NCBI GenBank assembly: GCA_019058445.1
Contig: JAHPZA010000010.1
Location: forward strand, 192,001-256,000
DNA from: Promethearchaeota archaeon
Lineage (GTDB): Archaea; Asgardarchaeota; Lokiarchaeia; Sigyniarchaeales; SOKP01
Direction: 5' to 3'
DNA: 64,000 nt
Part shown: positions 21,160 through 31,535 of the stretch, piece by piece
Layout: the number at the start of each line of letters is the position of its first letter
Position numbering within the stretch: position 1 is the stretch's first letter
Made by a program: the position numbers and the translations under genes
Notes under the pieces: generated by a model
What the model saw: the letters and a program-made list of their open reading frames with translations, nothing else
Database searches by the model: none
Told to the model about the DNA's origin: nothing

Positions 21160-22728
21160 TTAAGAGGGAAGCTCGTATAATGCTAATGTAATATCTAACC
21201 TATAATTATACTCTTTAATTTCCTCTAAATCATATTCATCAACAATCATATCGTCTGTTTTATCTTTAGGATCTCGATAGCTTTCCCAAAAAGTAATAAT
21301 CCAAATTCGAGTAATATTATCTTTAGTGATATCTTCAAAGAATTCCTCTATTTCATCTTCATCATATATTACTTCTTCAAAATTGTCGTCTAAGTCAAAA
21401 TTATTCAAGTCACTATAATATTCCATAACATCGGAGTAGGGTCCTCCAGGATAACATAAAATAATGATATCATGGTTTTTAAATTTCTTTTTGAGTTGTT
21501 TGATACAGCCATCCCAATCTGGCTTCTGTAGATAATAAGCTCTAAATAGGGGGTAAATTGAAATATTTGTTATTAAGAAGACTGCTATAATTGAATAGAG
21601 TAATCTTTTCGATAAATGTGCTCTAATTATTGTAAGAATCTTATTATTGCTTACTATTAAATTCTTATTTGAAAATAGATGATAAAGTCCAATAGCTTCA
21701 AGGATATGTATAGGAGTCAAGACGCCAATTAAATTTTTCGCAGTAAAAGAGTTTATCACAATAAATCCAATTATGATTGTAATTCCAAATAATAATACTG
21801 GTATTACGATTATAAAGAATAATAATTCTTTAGAATTGAAAGAATCTATATCTTTATAAGTAAAAATTAGTCCAATTACAGAAATAATCGATAGAATCAT
21901 CAATGGTATATTAAGTAATAACGTTAAAACAATTATTTTGTAGACATATGGATCATTAATATTTGAGGGAACGGGTCCTAAAAATAAATTGAAAGCCCAG
22001 TAGAAGAGATATATTAAATTTAATTCCCCTCCAGCATATCCATGAGCGCCTCCCAAGAAATCTTGAACAGCATAAGGTAACCAAGGAATATAACTTGCGA
22101 CAGTAATCAGTATGGTTAAAATAACTTTTCTATATATTACTTTTTCTTTTCTATTAAAAATTAGCAATCCAATTAATAGAATACCAAAATAAATAAATCC
22201 TATATAATGGGTATATATTAGAGTTGCTCCTGTTATACTAAGATAAAGATAATTCCTAAGCTTAATTGGATCTTTTATACAAAGTATCGCAAAATAGAGA
22301 CAAATTGTAAATAATAAATGAATTAAGGAATAAGCTCGAACTTCATTTGCGTAGAAAATGGAAAAAGGAGATAAAGAATAGAGAAAGATGACAATTAATC
22401 CCAGTTTTTCATCTTTAATTTCTTTACCAATTAAATATAAAACAGGAAAAGTTAGAATACTAAATAGAACAGATAACAATCTTGTGGAGAATACTGATTT
22501 TCCAAACAGTATAATCCATCCTCTTAAGATAAGGTAATACAATGGGGGGTGAATATCTCTTATAATGACATTCCAAAAGCTATTGTTTGGAGCACTCGCA
22601 ATAGCAATACTTATAGCCTCATCTTCCCATAACTGTTCAGAAATTATATTAATTACTCTTAGGTACGTGGTAATGAATAAGAGAATTAAAAAAAGATTTT
22701 TTGAATTAAATAAATCTTTATAGTTCAT
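21160..22728 (-). CDS. GT-C membrane glycosyltransferase (GT39/PMT_2-like)
   Basis: LWEDE, DIHPPLYY, RLLSVLFS, EVRAYS, THY, KPDW. ATG at 22728 is preferred over the upstream TTG. Confidence 0.85.
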   Translation of the reverse strand: MNYKDLFNSKNLFLILLFITTYLRVINIISEQLWEDEAISIAIASAPNNSFWNVIIRDIHPPLYYLILRGWIILFGKSVFSTRLLSVLFSILTFPVLYLIGKEIKDEKLGLIVIFLYSLSPFSIFYANEVRAYSLIHLLFTICLYFAILCIKDPIKLRNYLYLSITGATLIYTHYIGFIYFGILLIGLLIFNRKEKVIYRKVILTILITVASYIPWLPYAVQDFLGGAHGYAGGELNLIYLFYWAFNLFLGPVPSNINDPYVYKIIVLTLLLNIPLMILSIISVIGLIFTYKDIDSFNSKELLFFIIVIPVLLFGITIIIGFIVINSFTAKNLIGVLTPIHILEAIGLYHLFSNKNLIVSNNKILTIIRAHLSKRLLYSIIAVFLITNISIYPLFRAYYLQKPDWDGCIKQLKKKFKNHDIIILCYPGGPYSDVMEYYSDLNNFDLDDNFEEVIYDEDEIEEFFEDITKDNITRIWIITFWESYRDPKDKTDDMIVDEYDLEEIKEYNYRLDITLALYELPS

Positions 22729-22896
22729 TATATAACATTCGTACAATTTTGACTTATTATTATTACAACATTTCAATACTTATTAAAATTAAGTTTGTCT
22801 AGAACTAATAATTAATTTTTAAGATTTATCCTTTTATTAGATCTTAATTTTAGTAAATCCAATTCACTATTGACTTAATCTGCCCATTTTAGTTTT

Positions 22897-23183
22897 GAGC
22901 TTAATAACAAGTATTCACAAGTTTATACTGATGGTTATATATGGGTAATGGCATTTGCTAACGGATTACAACAGATAGTATACAGGATCCTTTTAAAATT
23001 TATCATCAAAAACATCATAAAAGGGGACGTGCCACGCACCCCGGAATAGAGTATAACCAATACCAAAGAGATGTAAAGCGAATATTAGATACCAGAGAAC
23101 TATTAACTTTTAATAGTGAGGATTGGGGTCTCAAAAATGAAATTTTATCAGAGGATCTCATCAATTTTGATGAGATAAATTAA
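22897..23183 (+). pseudogene. 5'-truncated, frameshifted gene remnant (probable GT-A-like C-terminus)
   Basis: Reads ELNNKYSQVYTDGYIWVMAFANGLQQIV /frameshift/ QDPFKIYHQKH...TFNSEDWGLKNEILSE...*. Coding-like composition in an otherwise AT-rich spacer. Confidence 0.55.
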
Positions 23184-23343
23184 GTTTCCATGGTAAGTGG
23201 AGCTTTTTAATTTATCAAAATTTCAAATTACAATTAAGAAAATAACGTATTTTCATTCTTTAAATAATTACATATATTATCTCAACTTATACAAATTATT
23301 CATTATAGTTTAAGATTAATTACAATACATCTTGAGAAGTTAA

Positions 23344-24357
23344 ATGAGAATATTACATGTAGGTGTTTTTTCTGATCCAGCATCGACAAATATTCAAATG
23401 GCATTAGCTATTAAAAAAAAAAAAAATAATGTTCTATGTTTTGATTATCGATATAAGAAGAAAAAAAAGGAGTTTAATCATTTTCATAAAATATTCTTGG
23501 AGAAAATAAGCAAAATTAAATTACCTTTTTTTGAAAAAATTATTGATTTTCATAGATATTATCTCTTAGGAAATTGGAAAGTAAACAGACAATTGTACTC
23601 TGAAGTAAAGAAAAATAAATATGATGTAGTATTCTTTTCGAAAACTGACATTATAAACTATAACAAAATTTCTCAATTAAAAAAATATACGCGAACTTGG
23701 TATTATTTTATGGATCCATTAAGGAATGCGATTAATATAAAAGCTCAAAAATATGCTTTATCGAGTACTTGGAGTAGCGCTACTTTTTCTAGTGTAAGTG
23801 CTTTATTTAGAAGAGAGGGTGCGAATAGTTATCATATAACAGAAGGTTATAATCCGAACATTTTTAATCCTGGTGAAAGAAATATAAAAAAATCTGTAGA
23901 TATTATTTTTGTTGGATCTAGTAGCTCTAAACGTAAAAATTATATAAATTATTTGACAAAAAACAAAATAAATATTGAATGTTTTGGTCCTGGATGGAGA
24001 AATAAATCAATTTTTATCGATGATTTAGCAGTTGTATATAGGAGAACTAAAATTATATTAAATTTTACTAGGGATAAAGTTGGTTTTTCTGATAGAGTAT
24101 TTCACGCACTTGGATCCAGAACTTTATTAATTAGCGAATACTGCCGTGATTTGGAGAAATTTTTCAAAAAAGGTTTTCATTTAGAGTGGTTTAAGACTCC
24201 AGAAGAACTTTTAAAATTAGTCAAATTTTATCTCAAGAATGAAAATTTACGAGAAAAAATTGCTATTCAAGGGTATAATTATGTACTTAAATATTTTACT
24301 TGGGAAAAAATAATTGAGAAAATTTTCAATATTATTCAAAACAAAAAGGATAATTAA
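23344..24357 (+). CDS. CgeB-like glycosyltransferase (Glyco_trans_1_2)
   Basis: DIIFVGS...R, FGPGW, KIILNF, SDRVFHALGS, LISE, EKIA..GY. Confidence 0.85.
   Translation: MRILHVGVFSDPASTNIQMALAIKKKKNNVLCFDYRYKKKKKEFNHFHKIFLEKISKIKLPFFEKIIDFHRYYLLGNWKVNRQLYSEVKKNKYDVVFFSKTDIINYNKISQLKKYTRTWYYFMDPLRNAINIKAQKYALSSTWSSATFSSVSALFRREGANSYHITEGYNPNIFNPGERNIKKSVDIIFVGSSSSKRKNYINYLTKNKINIECFGPGWRNKSIFIDDLAVVYRRTKIILNFTRDKVGFSDRVFHALGSRTLLISEYCRDLEKFFKKGFHLEWFKTPEELLKLVKFYLKNENLREKIAIQGYNYVLKYFTWEKIIEKIFNIIQNKKDN
23413..23426 (+). repeat. A14 homopolymer in the 5' part of a glycosyltransferase gene
   Basis: 14 consecutive A, the longest mononucleotide run noticed; currently in frame. Confidence 0.8.
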
Positions 24358-24405
24358 TACAATAAGATTTAGAAAATTACTTTTAAAACTAGGACTCTTA
24401 TCAAA

Positions 24406-25674
24406 ATGGATATCGTACTCATCACGGATGATTTTTATCCTAATTTAGGCGGAGTGTCTCATACTTTAATGAATCTATATAAGATGGTTCGCAATAAAGG
24501 ACATTCTCTACATGTCTTTAATCCATATTCTAAAGGTGAAAATATATACAAAACAATTACATTTTTAGAAGATTATACATTTAGAGATTTGATTAATTCC
24601 ATACGCTCTAAACGATTTTTATCCCTTTTACTTCTTAGTTTTTGGAAAATATTCAGAGATAAGAAAATCTCTTTATCTCATAGATTAAAAATAATTATCT
24701 ATTTTATTTCAAATCCAAGAATCTTAATCTGGGTTATAGAAAATAATATTATTTTATCTCCGTACCTCAATAGAATTAATTTTGATATCTTTTTAGGCAG
24801 TAATTTGGATGTATTACCATTACTTTTTGTATTGTCCAGGAATTTTGATAAAAAAATTGTCATATTAGCACATGGCATTGACTTTCTCATACCACATTCA
24901 ATAATCTTTAAATCATTATATTTTAAGACATATTTAATAAGAAATATCGAAAAAATCATTTTAAGCAATAATATAATGAAAAAACTTATTAAAAATATTC
25001 ACCATTTAGATGAAAACAAGTTAGAAGTTATATATAGAGGAATAAATCCGAGAGAATCAGAAGTAAAAGAAACTAGAGAGGAAATAAGAAAAGAGTTTAA
25101 TATCCCAGACAATCAGTTTGTACTTTTAAGTGTTGGACGTCATATTTCACGAAAAAAATTTGATCTAGTAATAAAAGCTGTGCGAGAGATTAAAACACTG
25201 AGACCATCTTTAAATATTAAGTATTTTTTAATAGGAGAAGGGGAGCAAACCCCATTTTTGCGTCAATTAACCAAAAACTTAAATTTAGAGAAAGAAGTAG
25301 AGTTTCTTGGACCAATTAGCATTGAAAAAAGAAATAAATTCTATAAATTATCTGATATTTTTCTCATGCCTGTAAATCCAAACAGGGACGATATTGAGGG
25401 GTTTGGAATTGTATTTTTAGAAGCAAATTATTATAGAGTTCCAGTAATAGGTACAGCGACAGGAGGGATTCTTGAGGCTATCCAAAATAAAAAAACCGGT
25501 TTTTTAATAAAACCTCACGATATAAATGATTTAATTAACAAAATTTTATTTTTACATGATAATGAAAGTATCAAAAAGGAAATGGGTGAAAAAGGTTATA
25601 GTAGGGTCATTAATGAATATACCTGGGATAAAATTGTTATGGATTATATAAAAGTTTTTAAAAATGTCATTTAA
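24406..25674 (+). CDS. Glycosyltransferase family 4 (PimB-like)
   Basis: FYPNLGG, AHG.D, SVGR..RK, DIEGFGIVFLEA, GGILEAI. Confidence 0.92.
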   Translation: MDIVLITDDFYPNLGGVSHTLMNLYKMVRNKGHSLHVFNPYSKGENIYKTITFLEDYTFRDLINSIRSKRFLSLLLLSFWKIFRDKKISLSHRLKIIIYFISNPRILIWVIENNIILSPYLNRINFDIFLGSNLDVLPLLFVLSRNFDKKIVILAHGIDFLIPHSIIFKSLYFKTYLIRNIEKIILSNNIMKKLIKNIHHLDENKLEVIYRGINPRESEVKETREEIRKEFNIPDNQFVLLSVGRHISRKKFDLVIKAVREIKTLRPSLNIKYFLIGEGEQTPFLRQLTKNLNLEKEVEFLGPISIEKRNKFYKLSDIFLMPVNPNRDDIEGFGIVFLEANYYRVPVIGTATGGILEAIQNKKTGFLIKPHDINDLINKILFLHDNESIKKEMGEKGYSRVINEYTWDKIVMDYIKVFKNVI

Positions 25675-25773
25675 ATCCTCATTATCATATCAGATATGAA
25701 ATGAACGCATAAAAATGCCAGCTAATATGTGTAAAATTAAAAAATTATTTTCATTATTATCATATATAAAAGG

Positions 25774-26556
25774 TTGTTCTCTATGAGAGATATATTACTA
25801 AAGTGGAAAAATCTAATTATATTTATTCGAAAAAATAAAAAGCAGATAATTAATTTATCCAGTTTTACTCAAGCTCCTTATAAATTTATTGATTATTTCA
25901 GAGATTGGAAAAAATATTCAAAAATGGAAGGAGCAGAGCGAATTGAATTAAAACATGCACAGCCCTCATTACATGACAAAACTTTAACTAGCGGTTTTGA
26001 TAAACACTATTTTTATCAAGATATTTGGGCTTATAAAAGGATTCTAGAATCAAACTGCGATTATCATGTTGATGTAGGGTCAAATGTATACTTTGTTGGA
26101 TTTTTAACTGCGATTACAAAAGTACAATTTATTGATATCCGCCCTCTAAAAGCAAATTTAGAAAATCTTAAATCAATAAAAGGATCTATTCTTTCAATGC
26201 CATATGAGGATAATTCAATTTCCTCCTTATCTTGCTTACATGTAGCTGAACATATTGGTTTAGGACGATATGGGGATCCGCTCGATCCATTAGGGACTAA
26301 AAAAGCTGCGAAGGAATTATCAAGGGTTTTGGCACCTAATGGAAACTTATATTTTTCATTACCTATTGGAAAACCTAAATTATGCTTTAATTCTCATCGA
26401 ATCCACTCTACAGAACAAATAATGAACTACTTTTCGAGCTTAGATCTTGTAGAAATCTCCGGTATCGATGATAGCGGAAATTTTATAAGAAATATTGACG
26501 GGAGCATATTAGATTCTTGTAATTATGGATGTGGATTGTTTTGGTTTACTAAATAA
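25774..26556 (+). CDS. DUF268-type SAM-dependent methyltransferase-like protein
   Basis: HYFYQDIWA, HVDVGS, SLSCLHVAEHIGLGRYGDPLDP, FNSHRI. ATG at 25783 is the likely start. Confidence 0.8.
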   Translation: MFSMRDILLKWKNLIIFIRKNKKQIINLSSFTQAPYKFIDYFRDWKKYSKMEGAERIELKHAQPSLHDKTLTSGFDKHYFYQDIWAYKRILESNCDYHVDVGSNVYFVGFLTAITKVQFIDIRPLKANLENLKSIKGSILSMPYEDNSISSLSCLHVAEHIGLGRYGDPLDPLGTKKAAKELSRVLAPNGNLYFSLPIGKPKLCFNSHRIHSTEQIMNYFSSLDLVEISGIDDSGNFIRNIDGSILDSCNYGCGLFWFTK

Positions 26557-26572
26557 AAAATATCACATTTTA

Positions 26573-27244
26573 TTAAAGAGAATATTTCTTATGAATTCTA
26601 ATAATGTTTTTCTTTACTATAATGGTAAAGTCAGGACGCTTAGAAAAAACCATTGTTTTTAACTCATTTATAGTTGGATAATCATTTTTTCCGATAAAAA
26701 GATTTGCATCATCTATTAAAATAACATGATTAAGATTCGAAATATTTAAAATATGTTCTAATTCTTTTTTAATAGGGGTTTCTAATTCACCTTTAGCAGT
26801 TATTCCGCCTGAAAAATGGGCATCAAGCCAAAAAACACAGGGTGATATAATATCAGGTAGGATTTTAGGCAAAATCTTACTACTATCTCCTTGAAATAAA
26901 GTAATATGATTATATCTAGAAAATCTCATCTTAGCTTTTTGATAAAGTGTCTTGTCAAGTTCAATTGAGTAAATACGATTAAAGACTCTCTTAGTTGCAT
27001 TTACCATATTTCCTCCAAATGTTCCCGTTTCAATTAAAACATCAATTGAAAATATCTTCGCATATTCTTTAACAATTTTCTGTTTTAAGTATGGAGGAGT
27101 TGGTCCTTTCATACCATTTTTTGCCCACTTCCTTAAATTATTTATGTTCCAAACTCTAGTATAAATTTTTTCAATAATTATATACCTAAGGGTTTCTATT
27201 ACAGATTTTATCATAGATTTTAGAATTTTACTCATATAAATCAA
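26573..27244 (-). CDS. Class I SAM-dependent methyltransferase-like protein
   Basis: VLIETGTFGG, SIELD, QGDS, FWLDAH, ILIDD. Confidence 0.75.
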   Translation of the reverse strand: MIYMSKILKSMIKSVIETLRYIIIEKIYTRVWNINNLRKWAKNGMKGPTPPYLKQKIVKEYAKIFSIDVLIETGTFGGNMVNATKRVFNRIYSIELDKTLYQKAKMRFSRYNHITLFQGDSSKILPKILPDIISPCVFWLDAHFSGGITAKGELETPIKKELEHILNISNLNHVILIDDANLFIGKNDYPTINELKTMVFSKRPDFTIIVKKNIIRIHKKYSL

Positions 27245-27532
27245 AGTCCATATACTTCTTCTAATTAAATCTAATTTATTATAGTTCTCAAATTATATGG
27301 TATTGAATATACTCTAAATAAACTTTCGAAGAGATTTAAATAGCAAGTGAGAATATACTTAAAGTTTGAATGTAGTTGGTTTACTACAAGATCAGACTAA
27401 GGATTGTAAAAAAAATTTACTTAATAGAAAGGATCTGAAATTTTTTAGACTGAAGAGATATTCTATTAGGATTTTTATGATTAAGTATGAATCTATGGGG
27501 ATATATAAAAAAAACTGTTAATATAAGAAATT

Positions 27533-29089
27533 TTAAAAGTTAATGTGGTGGGGTTTTACTAATATTTTTATTGTTTTGTAATACAAATAATTAATAAAAT
27601 ATTTTATTTTGAGTGAATAAACAATTTTGGCAAAATTGTATTTAATATAACAAGTTTTTAGATACCTCATTATTTTCATAATACTATACTTATTCAAATT
27701 TAAATGGGATTTTAGCACCCGTCGATTGGGAATGGTTTTTAACCATTTTCTATTAATAAAATCTCGAATAACCCATTTATTCCCATTAGTTAATATACCA
27801 AAATTAGGAATGCTCAGATCAATATTTTCAGTCAAATATACGATTTTCTCCAACTCATTCCATTCTTTTAAATTTATATTATTTTCAGAAGATATTAATT
27901 TTATAACCATCATTATTTTTCCTTTTATTTCAATAAAATAATAATTCTTTAGATTTGGTTTATAAAAGAAGGGCCTTTTCTTCCAACATAATATTTTGAT
28001 TGATCTTTTGGTTTTTAAATCTTTTTTTGTATTAAATCCCAAATATTTTAATATGAATGCAAAATCTCTTTGATTCAAATTATCGTCAGCAAAATCTTTC
28101 ATTCTATTAATTGTATTTTTACCAACTATTCTATCAATTCCCCTGATATATTTTGTAAAATCGATAGAAACATCTTTTTTTTTTAAAAAAGTGCTAATTT
28201 CTTCAAACCTCTTTGACCATGTATGATCTTCAATTGCTCTCCGATAACCGTTTTTTGCTATTTTATCCCTTTCAATTGGATTTTCTAAATAATATAATAT
28301 TTTTTGAAATAGATCTTTTTTTTTTTTCCAACAAATAATTTCTTTATCTATTTCAAAATATTCTTCTAAACAGGGGGAATACTGCATTAATTGAAAACCT
28401 CCAGACATACTTACTTCAAATGTTCTTAAATTAACAATTCTTCTATTAGAAAATGGTACTGATTCTTTGGTAGCAAATGTAATATTGATTTTTGTCTGAT
28501 TATAAAATCTATTTATATCTTCATAACTCCAAGGCATATCTACTCCATGACCGATTGGAAATTTATAAATTAAATTGTGCTTTTCACAAAATTTTCTTAT
28601 TAAATTAAGCCAATAACCTCGTTCTCCGTAGAATTGTCCAAAAAACCCAATGTCATAAATTTTATTAATATTTTTGGGGTAAAACATATAAGGATTTGCC
28701 GCCATCCCTTTATACATAAGATTCTCTCTTTTATAATATTCCATTAAAGGTTTAGCATATTTCTCAACATACCATACTTTTGTAAAAACCGACATTTTAG
28801 CAATATAGGGTCTATTTATAGCATTTTCAGAAAACTTGATTAATGGAATATTAATCTTACGATCTTCCAACCATTCAATTATATAAGGGAAATTAGCGGG
28901 AAAATCAAAAATAAAATCAATGTCTTTGTTTTCTTTAACGCATTTTTCTAACGCATCTAAATCTATTTTTGCATTTTTATTAGATGCATCTTTATAATTT
29001 TCAGGGAGGATTAGCTCATAATGTCTTATTAACTCATCATAAATCTGCGAATACCACATCGCAATATTATTATTAAAAATGATCTTCAT
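27533..29089 (-). CDS. CgeB-like glycosyltransferase with a C-terminal degenerate HsdR_N-like domain
   Basis: DIGFFGQ..GER, KINITF, NLRTFEV.MSGGF, HTWSKRF; C-terminal ILKYLGF...YFIEIKGKIMMVIK...FGILTNGNKW. Confidence 0.8.
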   Translation of the reverse strand: MKIIFNNNIAMWYSQIYDELIRHYELILPENYKDASNKNAKIDLDALEKCVKENKDIDFIFDFPANFPYIIEWLEDRKINIPLIKFSENAINRPYIAKMSVFTKVWYVEKYAKPLMEYYKRENLMYKGMAANPYMFYPKNINKIYDIGFFGQFYGERGYWLNLIRKFCEKHNLIYKFPIGHGVDMPWSYEDINRFYNQTKINITFATKESVPFSNRRIVNLRTFEVSMSGGFQLMQYSPCLEEYFEIDKEIICWKKKKDLFQKILYYLENPIERDKIAKNGYRRAIEDHTWSKRFEEISTFLKKKDVSIDFTKYIRGIDRIVGKNTINRMKDFADDNLNQRDFAFILKYLGFNTKKDLKTKRSIKILCWKKRPFFYKPNLKNYYFIEIKGKIMMVIKLISSENNINLKEWNELEKIVYLTENIDLSIPNFGILTNGNKWVIRDFINRKWLKTIPNRRVLKSHLNLNKYSIMKIMRYLKTCYIKYNFAKIVYSLKIKYFINYLYYKTIKILVKPHHINF

Positions 29090-29267
29090 TTCTTAAAATA
29101 ACAATTAGTAAAAATATAAAACTTAATAATTGCAATAAAGTGGTAAAAAATTAATATTTTAAGCAAAAAGATCAATAATTATGGTTTACAAAATAATAAT
29201 ATAAAACTAATTAAAAACCTAGAATATGAAATACAAAATTAGTAATATTTACTAATTTATTTTAAAA

Positions 29268-30029
29268 CTATAGTGCTCGTCGTGAGAAAAATGTAAAATA
29301 AATACCATAAGCACGTTCATAAATTCTATTAAGAAATCCAATTTTCGGAATTATCATTTCAAAAAGATACCATATACTCCATAATTGCCTTATACCTTTT
29401 TCTCGTATGTAATATTTTTTATTTTGGGGCAGAGTCCTTGCAGCAAATATATTAAGTTCGTCGAATTGCTTTTTTGAGATAAATTCACTACTTTTTTTTT
29501 TAAAAAATGCTACAAATATCATTCTGCTTTTAGGTATAGGAGGATTAAAAGCATTCTGTATTTTTAACATTATGACTTTATAATCACACAATCTTGCTAA
29601 TCTAGAAAAAAATTCCTTTGGGTAATAATAAAGACAATGATCTGGGAAATTATTAGGGAGCGGGAGAGTATGAATCATAATACCATTAGCTTTACACATA
29701 TCATGTACATTTTTAAAAACCTGAAATTGATTTTCAACATGTTCTGACGTTCCATAATCAGTGATTAATTGAAATCTATCTATTAAAGATTCAGGAACAG
29801 GAAAATTTAAGTCTACAACTAAAGATCCAAACATTCCATTTAAATCTAAAGATACATGTTCTAATACTTTCTTTATTTCAGTATAATATTTTTTTGCTAC
29901 TATATGACTTTTATAAAATATTTGATCGCCAAGTTCACACATTCGCACATCTTTCCACTTAAGATTTATTATTTTAAGAACCTTATCTTGGAAAGCAAGG
30001 ATATTATATGTTAAACCCATTCTCAACAT
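29268..30029 (-). CDS. Class I SAM-dependent methyltransferase-like protein
   Basis: MCELG, SLDLNG, DYGTSEHV..Q, GIMIH. Start placed at the ATG just downstream of vioA. Confidence 0.7.
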   Translation of the reverse strand: MLRMGLTYNILAFQDKVLKIINLKWKDVRMCELGDQIFYKSHIVAKKYYTEIKKVLEHVSLDLNGMFGSLVVDLNFPVPESLIDRFQLITDYGTSEHVENQFQVFKNVHDMCKANGIMIHTLPLPNNFPDHCLYYYPKEFFSRLARLCDYKVIMLKIQNAFNPPIPKSRMIFVAFFKKKSSEFISKKQFDELNIFAARTLPQNKKYYIREKGIRQLWSIWYLFEMIIPKIGFLNRIYERAYGIYFTFFSRRAL

Positions 30030-30034
30030 CCCTT

Positions 30035-31165
30035 TTATTTTATAAGTGAAATAAGAATTTCGCAAATCTTTATAATATCTTGATCTTTCAACCCACTATA
30101 TAAAGGAAGACATAAAATTTGGGTGGTTATCTTTTCGGCAATAGGAAGTTGATAATCTCTATCCTTTTTAAAGAACAAATAATCTGTACATAAGGGATAG
30201 AAATATTTTCGTGTAAAAACATTATATTTTTTAAGCAAATCATAGACTTTATCTCTATTATTTCTTGATTTTTTTTCATCAATTAATAGAGGAAAATATT
30301 GATAATTGTACATGACATTCTGTTTCTCAACATTAAACTTTAATCCATCAACATTTTCAAGATTTTCTCTGTAAACTTGAGTTAAATGTTTTCTCTTTTT
30401 AATCTCATCTTCAACAAGTTGTAAATTTAAAAGTCCTATCGCTGCCTGTAATTCGTTTAATTTACCATTTGTTCCGGGCAGAAGGATTTCATATTCATCT
30501 TTAGTTCCATATCCGAAATTTTTTAAAAGATACAAGAGTTCCTTTAATTCAGAATTATTGTATGTAAGAGCTCCACCTTCTATAGTATGAAAGATTTTAG
30601 TAGCATGGAAACTAAACATACTAATATCTCCATAATTTCCAATCCCTTTATTTTTAAAATTAACACCAAAACAGTGAGCAGCATCATATATAACTTTAAC
30701 TTGGTAATTTTTGGCAATCTTCTCAATTTTTTCAACGTCACATGGATTACCAAATACATGAACCCCAAGTATAGCAGATGTATTAGGAGTTATCAAATCT
30801 TCGATTGCATCACTGTTGATATTAAAATCATCTGGATTAATGTCGCAAAAAATAGGCTTTAAATTCTTTTGAAATAACGAAGTTACGGTCGCGGGAAATG
30901 TGAAAGGAGTCGTGATTACTTCTCCTTTTAATTCAAGTGCTTGTAATGCTATTTCTAAAGCAATTGTACCATTACAAAAAAGAGTGAGATTATCCACATT
31001 TAAATATTTTGTAAGTTCTGTCTCTAACGCTTTATGTTGATTTCCGTGATTTGTGAGCCATTTAGATTCCCAAATCTCATCAATCTTTTTATAAACTTGA
31101 ATTAATGGAGCTAAAACAGGTCGAATTATATAAATTGGTTCTTTAAAAGGTTTAATTTTAGTCAA
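30035..31165 (-). CDS. vioA: DegT/DnrJ PLP sugar aminotransferase, VioA-like (dTDP-4-amino-4,6-dideoxyglucose)
   Basis: WLTNHG, NGTIAL, TTPFTF, YDAAHCFG, SFHATKIFHTIEGG, RKYFYP, ILCLPLY. Confidence 0.85.
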   Translation of the reverse strand: MTKIKPFKEPIYIIRPVLAPLIQVYKKIDEIWESKWLTNHGNQHKALETELTKYLNVDNLTLFCNGTIALEIALQALELKGEVITTPFTFPATVTSLFQKNLKPIFCDINPDDFNINSDAIEDLITPNTSAILGVHVFGNPCDVEKIEKIAKNYQVKVIYDAAHCFGVNFKNKGIGNYGDISMFSFHATKIFHTIEGGALTYNNSELKELLYLLKNFGYGTKDEYEILLPGTNGKLNELQAAIGLLNLQLVEDEIKKRKHLTQVYRENLENVDGLKFNVEKQNVMYNYQYFPLLIDEKKSRNNRDKVYDLLKKYNVFTRKYFYPLCTDYLFFKKDRDYQLPIAEKITTQILCLPLYSGLKDQDIIKICEILISLIK

Positions 31166-31535
31166 GCAGCAAAACCATTTTCGATAAAAAAGTCTTTCGT
31201 CAAAATTATTCTATAGAATTATTTAAAAAATATTAAATTTATTTAATTTATTCATACTTCTAATTTATTCGATTTTCTGATTCAAATAACTATTTATTAC
31301 TTCCATTATTAATGTTAATTAAGCTTTTATTAATATGAAGTTTTAGATGGTATTAAATTAATATTTAAAGTCTGATACTAATAGTATTAATAGAAAAGAT
31401 AAAATTAAAACGAATTTTAGGAGATTACGTTAACCGTATTATTTTAGATAATAAAATGGGTCTCAATCTTATACGAAAAATTAGAGAAATCAGAAGATAT
31501 GGTTTTATTTAACAATTGGTTAAGAGGGGAAAAGA

